Translations under genes and position numbers: made by a program | The notes under the pieces: generated by a model | Seen by the model: only the letters and a program-made list of their open reading frames with translations | The model's database searches: none | What the model was told of the DNA's origin: nothing | In this document: positions 52,909 through 64,000 of the stretch, one piece after another | How the letters are laid out: each line of letters begins with the position of its first letter | How positions within the stretch are numbered: the stretch's first letter is position 1 | Source of the DNA: Auanema rhodensis | Taxonomy: Eukaryota; Animalia; Nematoda | DNA length: 64,000 nucleotides | Assembly (NCBI GenBank): GCA_964057225.1 | Contig: OZ059896.1 | Coordinates: 17,112,001-17,176,000 of the forward strand | Reading direction: 5' to 3'

Positions 52909-55267
52909 GGGGAAGTTAATAATTTTCTAGTTTGAAGTCTGATGCTTCAGCTTATTTAAATCATGAATGCGTACAATACCTAGGGTATACCATGTATTTC
53001 AGTTTTGAGTTCCTTGCTGATCACAACTGGAATATGCATATGTTTTCAAGCTGGCTGCTTGATCTATTACAACGAGGAAGTTAGCGCATCGATTCAAGCG
53101 CATGCTTGTAATTTTTTAAGTTTCAGGCCATTTTACGGATAATAATGCCCAACTTACTATTGATAATCTTACTACGATTGGAAATCAATTGTCTAAACTT
53201 CTTTTTATGTTGGTTGCACAATCTTTCGTAGTTAGTGTACAGCCGGACCCTGTTTTGAAAACGCAACATAAGTTCGTTACTGAGGTTGGAACTCAAGTTT
53301 GTAATGAAATTACTTATTAAGTTTAGGTTCGTCTTCTCATTGGTGATAAACTAGGCATTCGACAGCACATGGTTAACGCAAACGTTACCGTGAAAATAAT
53401 TGCGGAAGATGAAGCTCGACTGGCTTACTGTAGTCAAATGCATCATTCTGATATGTGAGTGAATTGAATTATTTATGAGGGTATGTATAACATGCACATT
53501 TAAGAAAATCCGTTGGAAGTATAAGTAATGATTTCGAGAAGATGACTATGGATGAGTTGAATCATTTCTCTGCTAAGTTTAATAACTCTGTATGATTATA
53601 TATATATATATTTCAATAGCATGAGAAACATTTGTAGAAATTAACAAGAATTGCCCATCGTAAGCCTCCTCCAAAAGGCGCTTCTGCAGATTTGAAATGT
53701 ACTGCAATAGTTCAAGCTGCAACTGATCAAAAGTATGCTTTATTGTTTTCCATCAGTCCGTTTCACCTTGGGAATATAGGCAAAGTAAAAGAAAAACATA
53801 TAATATACAATAACAATCATATTTTAGCTTGATGTTTGGACTTTATCTTTGCCCTTGATGGTTACAGTGCATGGGTCGCAAGACTGTGATGCGCAGGGTT
53901 CAATCATGTGGCAAAGAGCTTTTTCTTCTGTGGTTGGACTTAATATAGAAATACTTGTTGATCAATAAAATGTTTAGAATAGAACACCAGGAATATCAGA
54001 TGTTAACGCTGTAGCGTGGCCCGATTTAGCCATGGCATTGAAACATAAATTCAGGTTTTAAAATATTTGTTAAAGAAATCACTAAGTACTTTTATAGTTT
54101 GTTCACGGGTGCTCGACGTCCGCTGTCTGATAGTGACTTAGCTTATCTCTCGGAGAAACTAGTGATTTCAAATGTACAAGATCAAAAACCAATTACGTTC
54201 AGTAGATTTGCTAAGGTAGTTTTAGTACTTTTTATCGTTTTAAAGAAATCTCATATACACTTTAGCAAAATTTACGGGATGATGTATCTTTCTCATTCTG
54301 GGAATGGTTTTTTTCCATCATGCAACTGATCAAACAAAAACTACTTAAGTTTTGGGATGAAGGTTTCTGAAGTGTGATCTCCTTGTTTTTAACATGGTTT
54401 GCTTTAGGCTGGCTTTCCGGATTTATATCCAAACAAGATGCGTCACAGTCTATGCTAAGTTGCCCGCATAACACTTTCCTTCTGCGGTTCAGCGATACAC
54501 AAACTGGAGCAGTGAGTATTGGCTTCGTTTGTGAAGATGAAGATCAAAGAGGTTCTTACTCACAAATTAGAAATTAGGCATTCATATTAATTTAGTGCCG
54601 TTCCATCTGGCACCATTCACAATCAAGGATCTCGATCAATTGTCTTTAGCTCAGAGAATTGCGAGCTGCCCACAGCTTCGTGAAATCAAGTATATAATCG
54701 TACAGCAATTTACTTTTAAGTTACTTCTATTTTTAAAGATATATGTACCCAACCATTGACAAAGATGAAATGCTCCGTTATTTCGACACGGAAGAAAGAC
54801 ATAAACCATGTCCTGACAGTCCTCTGGGTTACATTCAAAGTGAAATTGTTATGGTTGCTAAAACATCTGGGTATTACAAGATATTGCATAATTCTCATTG
54901 AAACTTCCTTTTTTTTTCAGAAAAATCTCGTCATCAGCGTCGTTTTTCGGAGCCGATTCACCGTCACCATTGTCCATACAGTCACGAAATGATTGGTCCC
55001 CAAGTACTGGTCAACCTATGGACACGTGAGCAAATAATATCATTATTAGGCTTTCTACATATAAATAATCGTTTCAGAAACGAAGACTTTTCAAATATTC
55101 TATCTACATCCGCTCTAGATGGAGTACCAGGCGATGTTGAATCTCTCCTTGGCCCAGGATTCCGTCCACAACTACCCAATCAGCCTTTGCAACATATTGA
55201 CCTCTCCTTTACCGATTCGTATGGAAATGCTTGTTTCAACTTTGGCGATAACTTCAACAGAAACTAA
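52242..55267 (+). CDS. sta-1: STAT transcription factor (coiled-coil, DNA-binding, SH2, phospho-Tyr tail; no N-domain)
   Basis: Many short exons: DWKNRQKLAQVG, FVVSVQPDPVLKTQHKF, LPLMVTVHGSQD, SFWEWFF, GFISKQDA..TFLLRFSDTQTGAVSI and GYIQSEIVMVAK. Confidence 0.93.
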
Positions 55268-56486
55268 TAACCCCAAGTTTTAAATTTCTATTTTCTATTT
55301 CTTCATTATCATATCTTATCCAGCAAGTTGTTTTAAATAGCTTTAATATTGCAGATAGTCGAAAGTTCTAGTCTTTTTCTAACATATCTTAGCTTTAAAG
55401 TTAGCTTTACTTTCTATTTTCATGATCCAATTATGACTTTTTATTGATCTCTATTTCTATTAGTCTGGAAATTTTAAAAATTTTAGAATTTTTTTTAGCC
55501 CAAGTGATAAATGTTATCTCAACAGTCTTAACAACTTTTCTATGGCGTGAAGATTGTTCGGCAAATAAAATGTTCTTTCTTTTGCTCGTGCTCACCTATT
55601 TTTAGTTGTCGGCATATTTGTTTTTTGTATTGTACAAACCACACTGCTTTCGGAAGTTCTTGTAGTGTAGGTCAGAAAGTAGTTGCTCTTGATGCTCTAG
55701 ACAAAAAAGAATCGGTCGCATTAATCTGTTTCTGATAATGATCTTTGATGTCATCGTTTGAGCAATAGCGTCTTCCGTTTTTCTTTTCAAACTGGTTAAA
55801 ACTTTGCAGGAAGGTGAGAAAAGGTGGAAATAGCGGAGAGCAGGAACTCAAATAAGATCAATTCATGCTAACAAGTTGCAAGAGCCTGAACTATTAGGGC
55901 ATTGTAATCCAATAGATGCACGTGGGTGCTTATTTGAACCCACGAAAAAGAACGTAGATGTCTCTGTAAATGAATACATAAGATCATTGGTGTATCTACC
56001 AGTTCTTATTGCATGGCGTGCTCGTCCGGTGCAAAGAAATCATATTGAAACCGAGCAAGCTATTCATTCACGTAAAAAAGATGATCATTGCCCACTTAAA
56101 AGAATTCTAAAGATCGTGGACTAGTAGGATGTTGTGATAGACGTCGGCGGAGAACAATGGCATAACTTAGTAGCTGCATGGTTTTGGTATATTCTTACAG
56201 TATTCTTCGAATTTTGCTGTAAAGTAAACACAATACGGTATGGAAGAGTGATGTTTGATGCTCATTAGCCTTGAACAAGACTGATATTTGAAAGAACATG
56301 TTTCCACAAACATAATGAAGAAAGTACAAGCGGAAATCTTCAAAGTGAGAACTGCCATCCAGACTCGTATATAAGCTTTTGTCAGACAGACGTTTGCCAT
56401 CTTCATCAGATTTTCTTTTCTTTCTTGCTCTTTTGTTTTAAATTGTTAAAGTCAAGATGAACGAACGAATTACTGTCTAACTTTAG

Positions 56487-58129
56487 ATGCAGTCAACTTG
56501 TCTTTTACTTGCACTTCTTGTACCATGCTTAATTGCTGCTCCGATCGAAACTAATACTCCACAATTACAAATCAACATTCAGCATATGGAACCAGAGGTA
56601 TTCATCACACTATTGAGAAGATTTAGCAAAACCTAATTCTCGTTTAGGCACAAGCAGCTCACCAGGAGATTGAAAGATTAAACGAAGCTATTGATCAAGC
56701 CAGCAGTCAAAATTCTGAGCTTAACGCTGAAGCAATACATACTTTGGTGGATGAAGTTAATCAACAGCTTGAAAACGTTCACGACGTAAGCATTTTGAAG
56801 CATACATATTTCTATATATAAGAATAATCTGCAGGAAAAACAAGCCGACGGACTAAGGGCACATTTGGACACTGTGTTACAACATGCTGCTGAAGTTCTT
56901 CCTGAGAATGCTCCTGTTCAAGATGTGATACATGATGCCATGGAAGCTTCACATACCGAGTCTGAACAAGCTTTTGAAAGCTCAACAAACCCTACCATTG
57001 TTGAATCTCTGAATGATGCCACTGACGCTCATACTCCTGAAGTTCTTATTCAAGCTATGAACGATGATGTTGTCCCTGTAGAGACAAAAGACGTTGTGGA
57101 GCCTTCACATGATGACGCTCAACTTGTGTATCCAGAAGTTCAATCAGGACAACCTGAACTTATTGCTCCTTTAAACAACGAGGAATCATCCGGTTCCATT
57201 AACGAAGTAGTGACAGCCTCAAACAGCATAGTCGATCTCTCTCACGATGCTGTGAATACTGCTGAAGTTGAAGCTCAACCAGCCGATTCTAAAACAATCA
57301 TTGAGCCTTCAAATGATGCTCCTGAATTTACAGTTTCAGCTACTGTTTTCCATCCAGCGAGCGATGTCGTAGAAAGTACTACATCTGAAGTACTTCAAAC
57401 TAATAACGACGACGTTCCTAGTAATTCAAACACTGTTCCAACCAGTGATGCTACAGAATCTTCCATCGTCGAAGTACCAGTTGTGCCAATTGTTATACCA
57501 ACACATGATGATTCTGAAGTAGCTACCAAAGTTGAAGTTTTGCCAGTTCTAGCCGAAGTAAATGACACTCCTTCCGTTGAAGGTTCCGCTGAAGCAGCCG
57601 AAGAGCATGTAGAGGTTAGAAAATCATAGCATATAGACTCTAATCTAAATCCATTAAAGGTTATTCAAACTGATCTCGATAGACAAAATGATCCTGTTCT
57701 CACCAACGAAAACAACGATAACATATACACCTCACCATGTAAGTAGACATGAATTAATAACTGAAAACATATTTTTACTTTATTTATTTTCAGCACACGA
57801 AGACAAAACATCTGAGATAATTTTTGCTGATCCCGAGCACAACAATCAACTAATCGACATTGAATGTAATCAAATATAGCAATATCTATAATATTACTTC
57901 ATATTTCAGCGGTTGATCCTATGGTTGAGCAATTGACTATCAATGTTCCTCTTCGTTTTACCGTTGATGAAATTTTAGGAAGACTAAACAAGAAAGTTTT
58001 CAAGGTATTAGTACACAGAGAAAGTTTCTGATTTCACTAATATTTTTTCAGAGCCCATTCAATGAAAGACTTTATATTGCCATGAAATTAACCGAAATGT
58101 CTCATTCACTAATGAGAAGTGTAGATAAT
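56487..58129 (+). CDS. Secreted acidic low-complexity protein of unknown function
   Basis: TTTAG|ATG start and signal peptide MQSTCLLLALLVPCLIA. Seven phase-consistent exons, including a large E/D/S/T/V/P-rich exon (about 56835-57614, seen in the ORF track); ends NEKCR*. Confidence 0.8.
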
Positions 58130-58730
58130 GAAATGGATGAAAAGAAACTACGCTAATTGTCCACACTCGTGCCACACAGATCTTCCAAATTATTGTTGAA
58201 TGGGTATTCATGAGAAACGTTTTGTAAAAATGTATGATAATGAACTGTTTTTTGAGTAAAAACTTATGTTATAGTATTGTTTTATTATACAAAACGAGAT
58301 CAAAATCTTAATTCTATTATACAAGCGAGAGTACTATTAGGAAAATGGTTAATAAACAATTGTCTATTTATGATATGTTATTTTAAATGTGCTAGAGCAA
58401 TTTTTCTAGTGAGATATTACATTCATTTATGTTAATAGGAGATAGACCTTAAGTATCTGTAACGGTCTAGATCATCTTCGTTTTCAGAGCAAAAAACGAT
58501 TATGTTTAATCCACCAGATACACAATGTTTTAGAAGAAAGGTAGGAAACGCACTGTACTGTCTTAGCTAGTTTTCGGAAGGGTATTATCGACAACAATTA
58601 AACATATTCCACCAATTCTCAGCTTCTGTTCACACACGAGAAATGTTTTCATTTTTTATATTTCAATGATTACTTGATAAAAACATAAATGATTATTAAA
58701 TTGAAATGCTGTTATAGTGCAGGGAGTTAT

Positions 58731-61700
58731 TTATGAACTTTCACTACTCCGTTGCTTTGCTTCTCGTCGTCGTTCTCTTGTTTTTCGAAGATGAGCTAGA
58801 AATAATCAACTTTACGAAAACGTACATAGTTATATGCTCACCATTATGCCTTGTTTGTCTTTCAGTGATTATGTTAATATCCAGCGATCTAGCTTTCAAT
58901 AGTGTGCGATCATTGATGGTTACTCCAGTTGCTCCAACAAGATTTCGATTACCTAGATAAGCATAAGCAAAGCTAATTGAATTTTTTTTAATAAATACCA
59001 CTAGGGGACAACGCATAAACCGGACGCTCTCCTAGCCAAGTTCGAACGGGCTTCATTCTTGTTCGAGTGGATCTTCGTAGTCCAACAGCATCATCATCCT
59101 CGACAGGTTTGACTAAAATTAAGTTTGAAAATGTTTTGCAAACACGAACTCACTTAATTCTCTGGGTTTTAAGACTATTTCAACGGGTTTTCTTCTCAAA
59201 ATTTTGCAACTCGTTATCACAGTCTGATTCGCTTGTTCAGAATCACAAATTGACAAACGTTCAAACATGGTTTCTGTAAAATAAAGATATGTAACATAAG
59301 CTGATATATATATTACCATTAATATCATCCATATCATTCTTTGTTTCATTATTATCTTCAAAAAAGATTGCTCTCGTATTTCTATGATTTATATGAGGTG
59401 TATTAACTGTACACATAGAATCAGAGAGAAGAGCTGAAGTCACAATATTAAATAACAAATAGCGTAAATGAACAAACGTTTATATACAGGGGTTTTAGAT
59501 ACTCGGTGTGCACCGTTTTGTTCCATTTCAATGTGGTCGAAATCTAAGTAAGGAATTAGAGAATGACAAAAAACCAAATATACCATCATCATAATTGCCA
59601 ACGTGATCAGAAATATCACCCATAGCTTCTCTCGATGCAATGTTCTGAGATAAATATAATAATAATGAAAAAATAAATAAATAATAAAATATAACAAACA
59701 TCATATTCAACGGATAGTTTCTTCACATCCTTTCGTTCCCTAATTTTGGAAAGATTTGCGTTTCGAATAACTGCTATATCTGCATGAGCTACCTAAGATG
59801 AAATATTTAGTTGAACGAACATTTTTTTCTGTTTTACATCTGTATCGCCTTTTGATAGAACAAACTTTTGTGCCAAAGTGTTTTGCGAATTATGAGAAGA
59901 TTTGACGTTGGTCGTAGTTTTTGATGTTGATTCAATAAATGAATCGTCTAAAAATAAACCATCATAAATGAATTGAAAATGATGTTCATGCCCCCAGATA
60001 TATCATCATATCCGTCTACAAGGGTAGGATAGTAAGTATTTTTCTCAACGTATTCCTTAGATATATCTAGGAATAATATTTTTAACATGTTAAAGTACTC
60101 TTGCATACCCATACTTTTCACGGGAGTAGTTTTTGCTGCAGGCACATAGCTAGAAGATCGCATAGCTGAAGAAACTGTGGGCCTTAGGAAATTAGCTGTT
60201 AATGGAGTAAATTCCCTCGTAGGCGTTGTCTGAATACATTTATTATTTAAAAGCATAGTTTGTAAGTCTCAAATGCATACCCGTCCTCCTCGATTAGGTG
60301 TGGTGGAGGCTTTCAGGGAATCCTTAACATTATTATTAAGAGTGGTCTTACTCCAATTTTGAGCATCCTACAAGTAATTTATATTATAACAGATACAACA
60401 TATACAGATATTACATTGCATCTATTAGGAGATTTGTAAAGACGGTTAACAACCCCCTAAACAACGGACACAAATTTATATAAGGTGAACAGCTCAAAAA
60501 CCTCAATAATTTCAGTCCTAGTTTTATTCAACTTTTGACTACTTTGTGAGCCAATAGATTGAGAAAGAGAACAGTCGTCATTCGTTTGATTTGAAAATGA
60601 GGGCATAAATTCCAGCTGTTTAGGAGTGCCATTATCATTAACTTCTTCAAACGGAGAGTTCGCACTCTGTCTTGATAAGCGTGACACGCTTCTTCTATTT
60701 GATACAGGAGTAGTAAACTCGATTTCGTGTGTAGGTTCAATACGCACGGGCTCACTAGAACTAACTAGTTCACCACCTATTTTAATCTTGGATTCAGAAG
60801 AATTTTTACCGTTCGACTAAGAGAAAACATTAATATTTCGGACCAACATCCGAACGCGATCGTACCTTTAATTTAGCTTTAATTGTTTTCGCCTGGACTT
60901 CTAGAGGGGTATTTCCACGATCGCTGACAGGATCGCACATAGAATCATCGCCCGCTACAACGGAAGTTTGATCAGAGATATATGACATGGTAATTGATTT
61001 TTCCATAGAATCTAATAAGAAAAATTGAAAAAAACAGCATCATATTCGTAATACCTATACTAGCTCGATCACTTATAGGCTTTCTGGACGGAGTAGACGG
61101 CAGTTGACGCACTTTTTTGGCAGGACGTGCTTTAAACATTAACCTCCCAGGTGATTGCACATCACTGTCCAGATCTGCGAGAAGTGAACTTTGATTTTTC
61201 CGAGTCTGAATTAAGCTGTTATTAGATAACAAAAAATATTCTTACCATTTCTCTCCTTTCTCGTTCGGAAGCCCCAATCTTTGTACGGACGCTGGCTTTT
61301 TCAATTACAGGTAAAGAACCCTTTTTTTCAGTTACAAGTAAAGAACTTTGTTTTTCAATAAAAGGTAATAAAGACTCTTTCTTCGTGTTCTGTTCTTCGT
61401 TTGAAATTACTTGAGTTGTGTTGCACTACAAAAATTTGAATGAATATTAATGAATACTTCTTTTTTGAACGTTACAAACCGGTAAAGAATTATGTTCGAC
61501 ATCTTCCATGGTTACATCACTGTTAATAATAGAAAAGGTTTTAGAATTGATATCATCTGTTATTGCAGGCTTAAAAAACTGATTAATGATTACTCAGAAA
61601 CGTTCACCAAAATACCCGAACTAGATCCGAACTGCTAATCTTATCACTACAAATAAAAGTACTATTTACAGCAGAAGAATGAGTCTGTTGCAATGCAGCT

Positions 61701-62942
61701 ATAGAATGATTTTCCACTTCTTTTTGAGTTGAAGAACTCAGGCTATCAGTTTTCTGGAGATTGAAAATAAATAATCAATGACGAATCTATCAATTACCTT
61801 ATTAGAAACAACTGGTTTAGGTGAGATTCTTCTAATTTTCTGTAATGAGACTCAAACATTTGAAAAAAATGTAATAGATTATTGTACCATTGCATCAATA
61901 GAGCCCGATATACGAGCACTCCGCCTCATAGGTTTAGGGAAAGCAAAATTAGATTCGCCAGATTTTATCGGTTCACTATTTTTTTGAGCTGTTTCATAGT
62001 TCCCATTTTTGGTTTCCGTTACCTGCAAAACTTTGAAAGCTAGGATTCACATATTAGCTAACCTTCTGTTCAGAATTGTCTTGACTAGATGCTTGCATTG
62101 AAACGTCAGTTACAACAGATAAATCAAGATGACGTAGAGGTGCAAAAGTATGATCAATAGCACTTTTTGGCGTGGAGCAACCTTCTCCTATTCTGCCCTG
62201 AATAGCGAACATGTAATAGCATTCAACTTCAAATTATACCTGCGATCCCGCAGCAACAATAGGAGTGATCACACTTGCATTAGGATTGTCTTTGGTTGTG
62301 CTTTTAGATGAAAAATTGATTCCGTCAAACATGTCCTAGAATATATATATATGCATATTCAAGCATAGTTTACAGCTCAAGAAATTACTTTTGATTTTGG
62401 ACTAGTAGTAGGAGTTTCATCAGCATCATATTCCTGTCCTATTTTTGCTTTTACATCCGCGATAAACCTTGGGGGCTTGTTCTCAAAAATATTAAAAGAA
62501 CCACCTAATAATTGTTCATCCTAAATCAAAAAGAAAATATTTAAAAAATGATTACAAACATACACGAAAATAAGCTCTCTGTTTTTCCTTCATTCTGCCC
62601 AGTAATTCCCTTGTATTTTCCAATGAATTTTCAGAGTCATCCTGAAAAAAATGTAAACACGGTGTTACATTAGTACAATATATTAATTAATTATACCTTT
62701 TCAATACTAGCAGTAGTTTCATTGATAGTCGAATTATCCTCTGTAGAAGTTACAGTGTCATCAGGGGCATATCGACCAAAAATTTCAAGATTTCTTTGTT
62801 CAATACATATTATTTTCTAAAACGAAACGATAGAACAATACAATTTATTTCTACTTACTCGTCCAACAGGCGCTTTACTTTTAAAATTGTAGCAATCTCG
62901 TAGAATTTTATCTACATCTACAGAACTAGGTTTGTCCTCCAT
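58731..62942 (-). CDS. hcp-4: Centromere protein C (CENP-C) orthologue
   Basis: Long, many-exon, S/T/P-rich protein with N-terminal GCSTPKS and a C-terminal CENP-C motif GLRRSTRTRMKPVRTWLGERPVYALSPSGNRNLVG (59027-59077), followed by the nematode-type extension. Internal exon boundaries were only partly traced. Confidence 0.88.
61297..61377 (-). repeat. Coding 27-bp tandem repeat (3 copies) inside hcp-4
   Basis: Encodes ESLLPFIEK / QSSLLVTEK / KGSLPVIEK. Confidence 0.85.
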
Positions 62943-63120
62943 TTTATTATTAACATATGTTCATATAAATATATACCAGAACCTCAAGTACATGGTTATA
63001 CACACACAACTTTTGTTATAAGCATAAACAACATAATAAATATTAAAATATTGAAGTTTAAAATTTTAATATTACAGTAATCATAAAACATTAGAAAAAA
63101 GCTTTAATATGAATTATATA

Positions 63121-63133
63121 TTTTCGCGCCAAA
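63121..63133. promoter_or_regulatory. E2F/DREAM-type site in the hcp-4/pqbp-1 bidirectional promoter
   Basis: TTTTCGCGCCAAA sits in the middle of the 348-bp AT-rich spacer between the two divergent ATGs. Confidence 0.7.
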
Positions 63134-63290
63134 TGCTAAAGCGTTCCCTGCAAGACCATTTTGACATTAATATGCTAACATTCCAGTTAAGCGGAATATA
63201 AATTACTTAAGCTTTTATAATTATTGGTGTGTATTTTTATATTTTCTTTCAGTAAATAAATTTATATGGTTAATTTTCTTTTTAGAAGGG

Positions 63291-64000
63291 ATGGCTACTC
63301 TTCCACCTGCTCTGCTCGCTAGGCTTCAAAAAAGAGGAATTGTAAAAAATGGTATGTATCTTTACTTTTTTTTTTCTTTTAAATTTTTCATTTTAGCGAA
63401 TGAAGAGGTTTTTGCTGAAAACTATGATTCAAGCGAAAAAGATAAGTCAGTGGCAGATAATAGAAGCGGAGCTCCAGGATGTCCTAATAAATACAACCCG
63501 TACCATGTTTGTGTAGAATATTGCTATGACCATTGGGGCGATGGCTTTCCGGAACATAGGTGCAATTATAATACATTTTTTGATTAACAATTTATGTTTA
63601 GATTACCAGAGTCTTACATTCGAAAAAAAAGTAGAATGCTATCCAAATATCCTCTACCAGAAGGATGGGTTGAAGTATATGATTGCGGAGTTGGTAGGCA
63701 TTACTATTGGAATCAAGAGAGTGATGAGGCAAGTCTTTATAACATTTTTGACATTTTTTAAATTAACACTTTTTATAGGTCAGCTGGCTTTCTCCTCGAC
63801 ATCCTAAGGCTGTTATTGGTATTGCTGCTCCTAAAATGGCTAGAAATAATCTACATCGTGAAAAAGCAGATAAATTAAGATTCGAAGGCTTTGACGGTGT
63901 GGTAAGTACTTTTTGTTTGTTTTGTTATATTTCTATTATTCAGAACTTGCGATTACGGGATAAAGAGCTTGATAGGCATGGCGATCGAAGTCGCGATAGG
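63291..64000 (+). CDS. pqbp-1: Polyglutamine-binding protein 1 (WW domain), 3' truncated by the window edge
   Basis: MATLPPALLARLQKRGI, EEVFAENYD, GCPNKYNPYHVC, WW domain LPEGWVEVYD..HYYWN..VSWLSPRHP, then a DR-rich region. Confidence 0.92.

Noticed and set aside
61614-61634. ACCCG..TAGATCCGAACT resembles miR-100
   Set aside because: The seed is interrupted, it is antisense to an hcp-4 exon/intron junction, and no hairpin forms.
1-64000. tRNA, rRNA, snRNA/SL RNA genes, CRISPR arrays, intact transposases
   Set aside because: No recognisable signatures by eye. A tRNAscan-SE or Infernal/Rfam scan would be needed to exclude them fully.

Overview
AT-rich eukaryotic DNA from a rhabditid-type nematode (about 30% GC, mostly 45-60 nt GT-AG introns, TTTCAG acceptors, C. 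elegans-like proteins). No prokaryotic features. All gene models were assembled by hand from splice sites, and orthology calls come from recalled protein sequences, not database searches. The left 40 kb is gene-poor and rich in (AG)n/(CT)n microsatellites. It holds the 3' kinase exons of a cGMP-dependent kinase (pkg-2-like, +), PXMP4 (-), the neuropeptide receptor npr-3 (-) and a 23-kb non-coding interval. The right 24 kb is gene-dense: cwn-2/Wnt5 (+), an internally deleted uridine-kinase-like gene (-), a ground-like gene (-), a transthyretin-like gene (-), a ZIP8/14-type metal transporter (-), apc-11 (-), tsr-2 (+), sta-1 (+), an orphan secreted acidic protein (+), hcp-4/CENP-C (-) and the 5' part of pqbp-1 (+). 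The best leads, all unverified, are: three pre-miRNA-like hairpins (one with a miR-279/mir-44 seed); a structured ncRNA candidate at 131-457 that combines a TTAGGC-complementary template, a pseudoknot and an H/ACA-like end (speculative telomerase RNA); a 168-aa minimised uridine-kinase-like pseudoenzyme; and an HMGN-like RRSARISG motif inside CENP-C.
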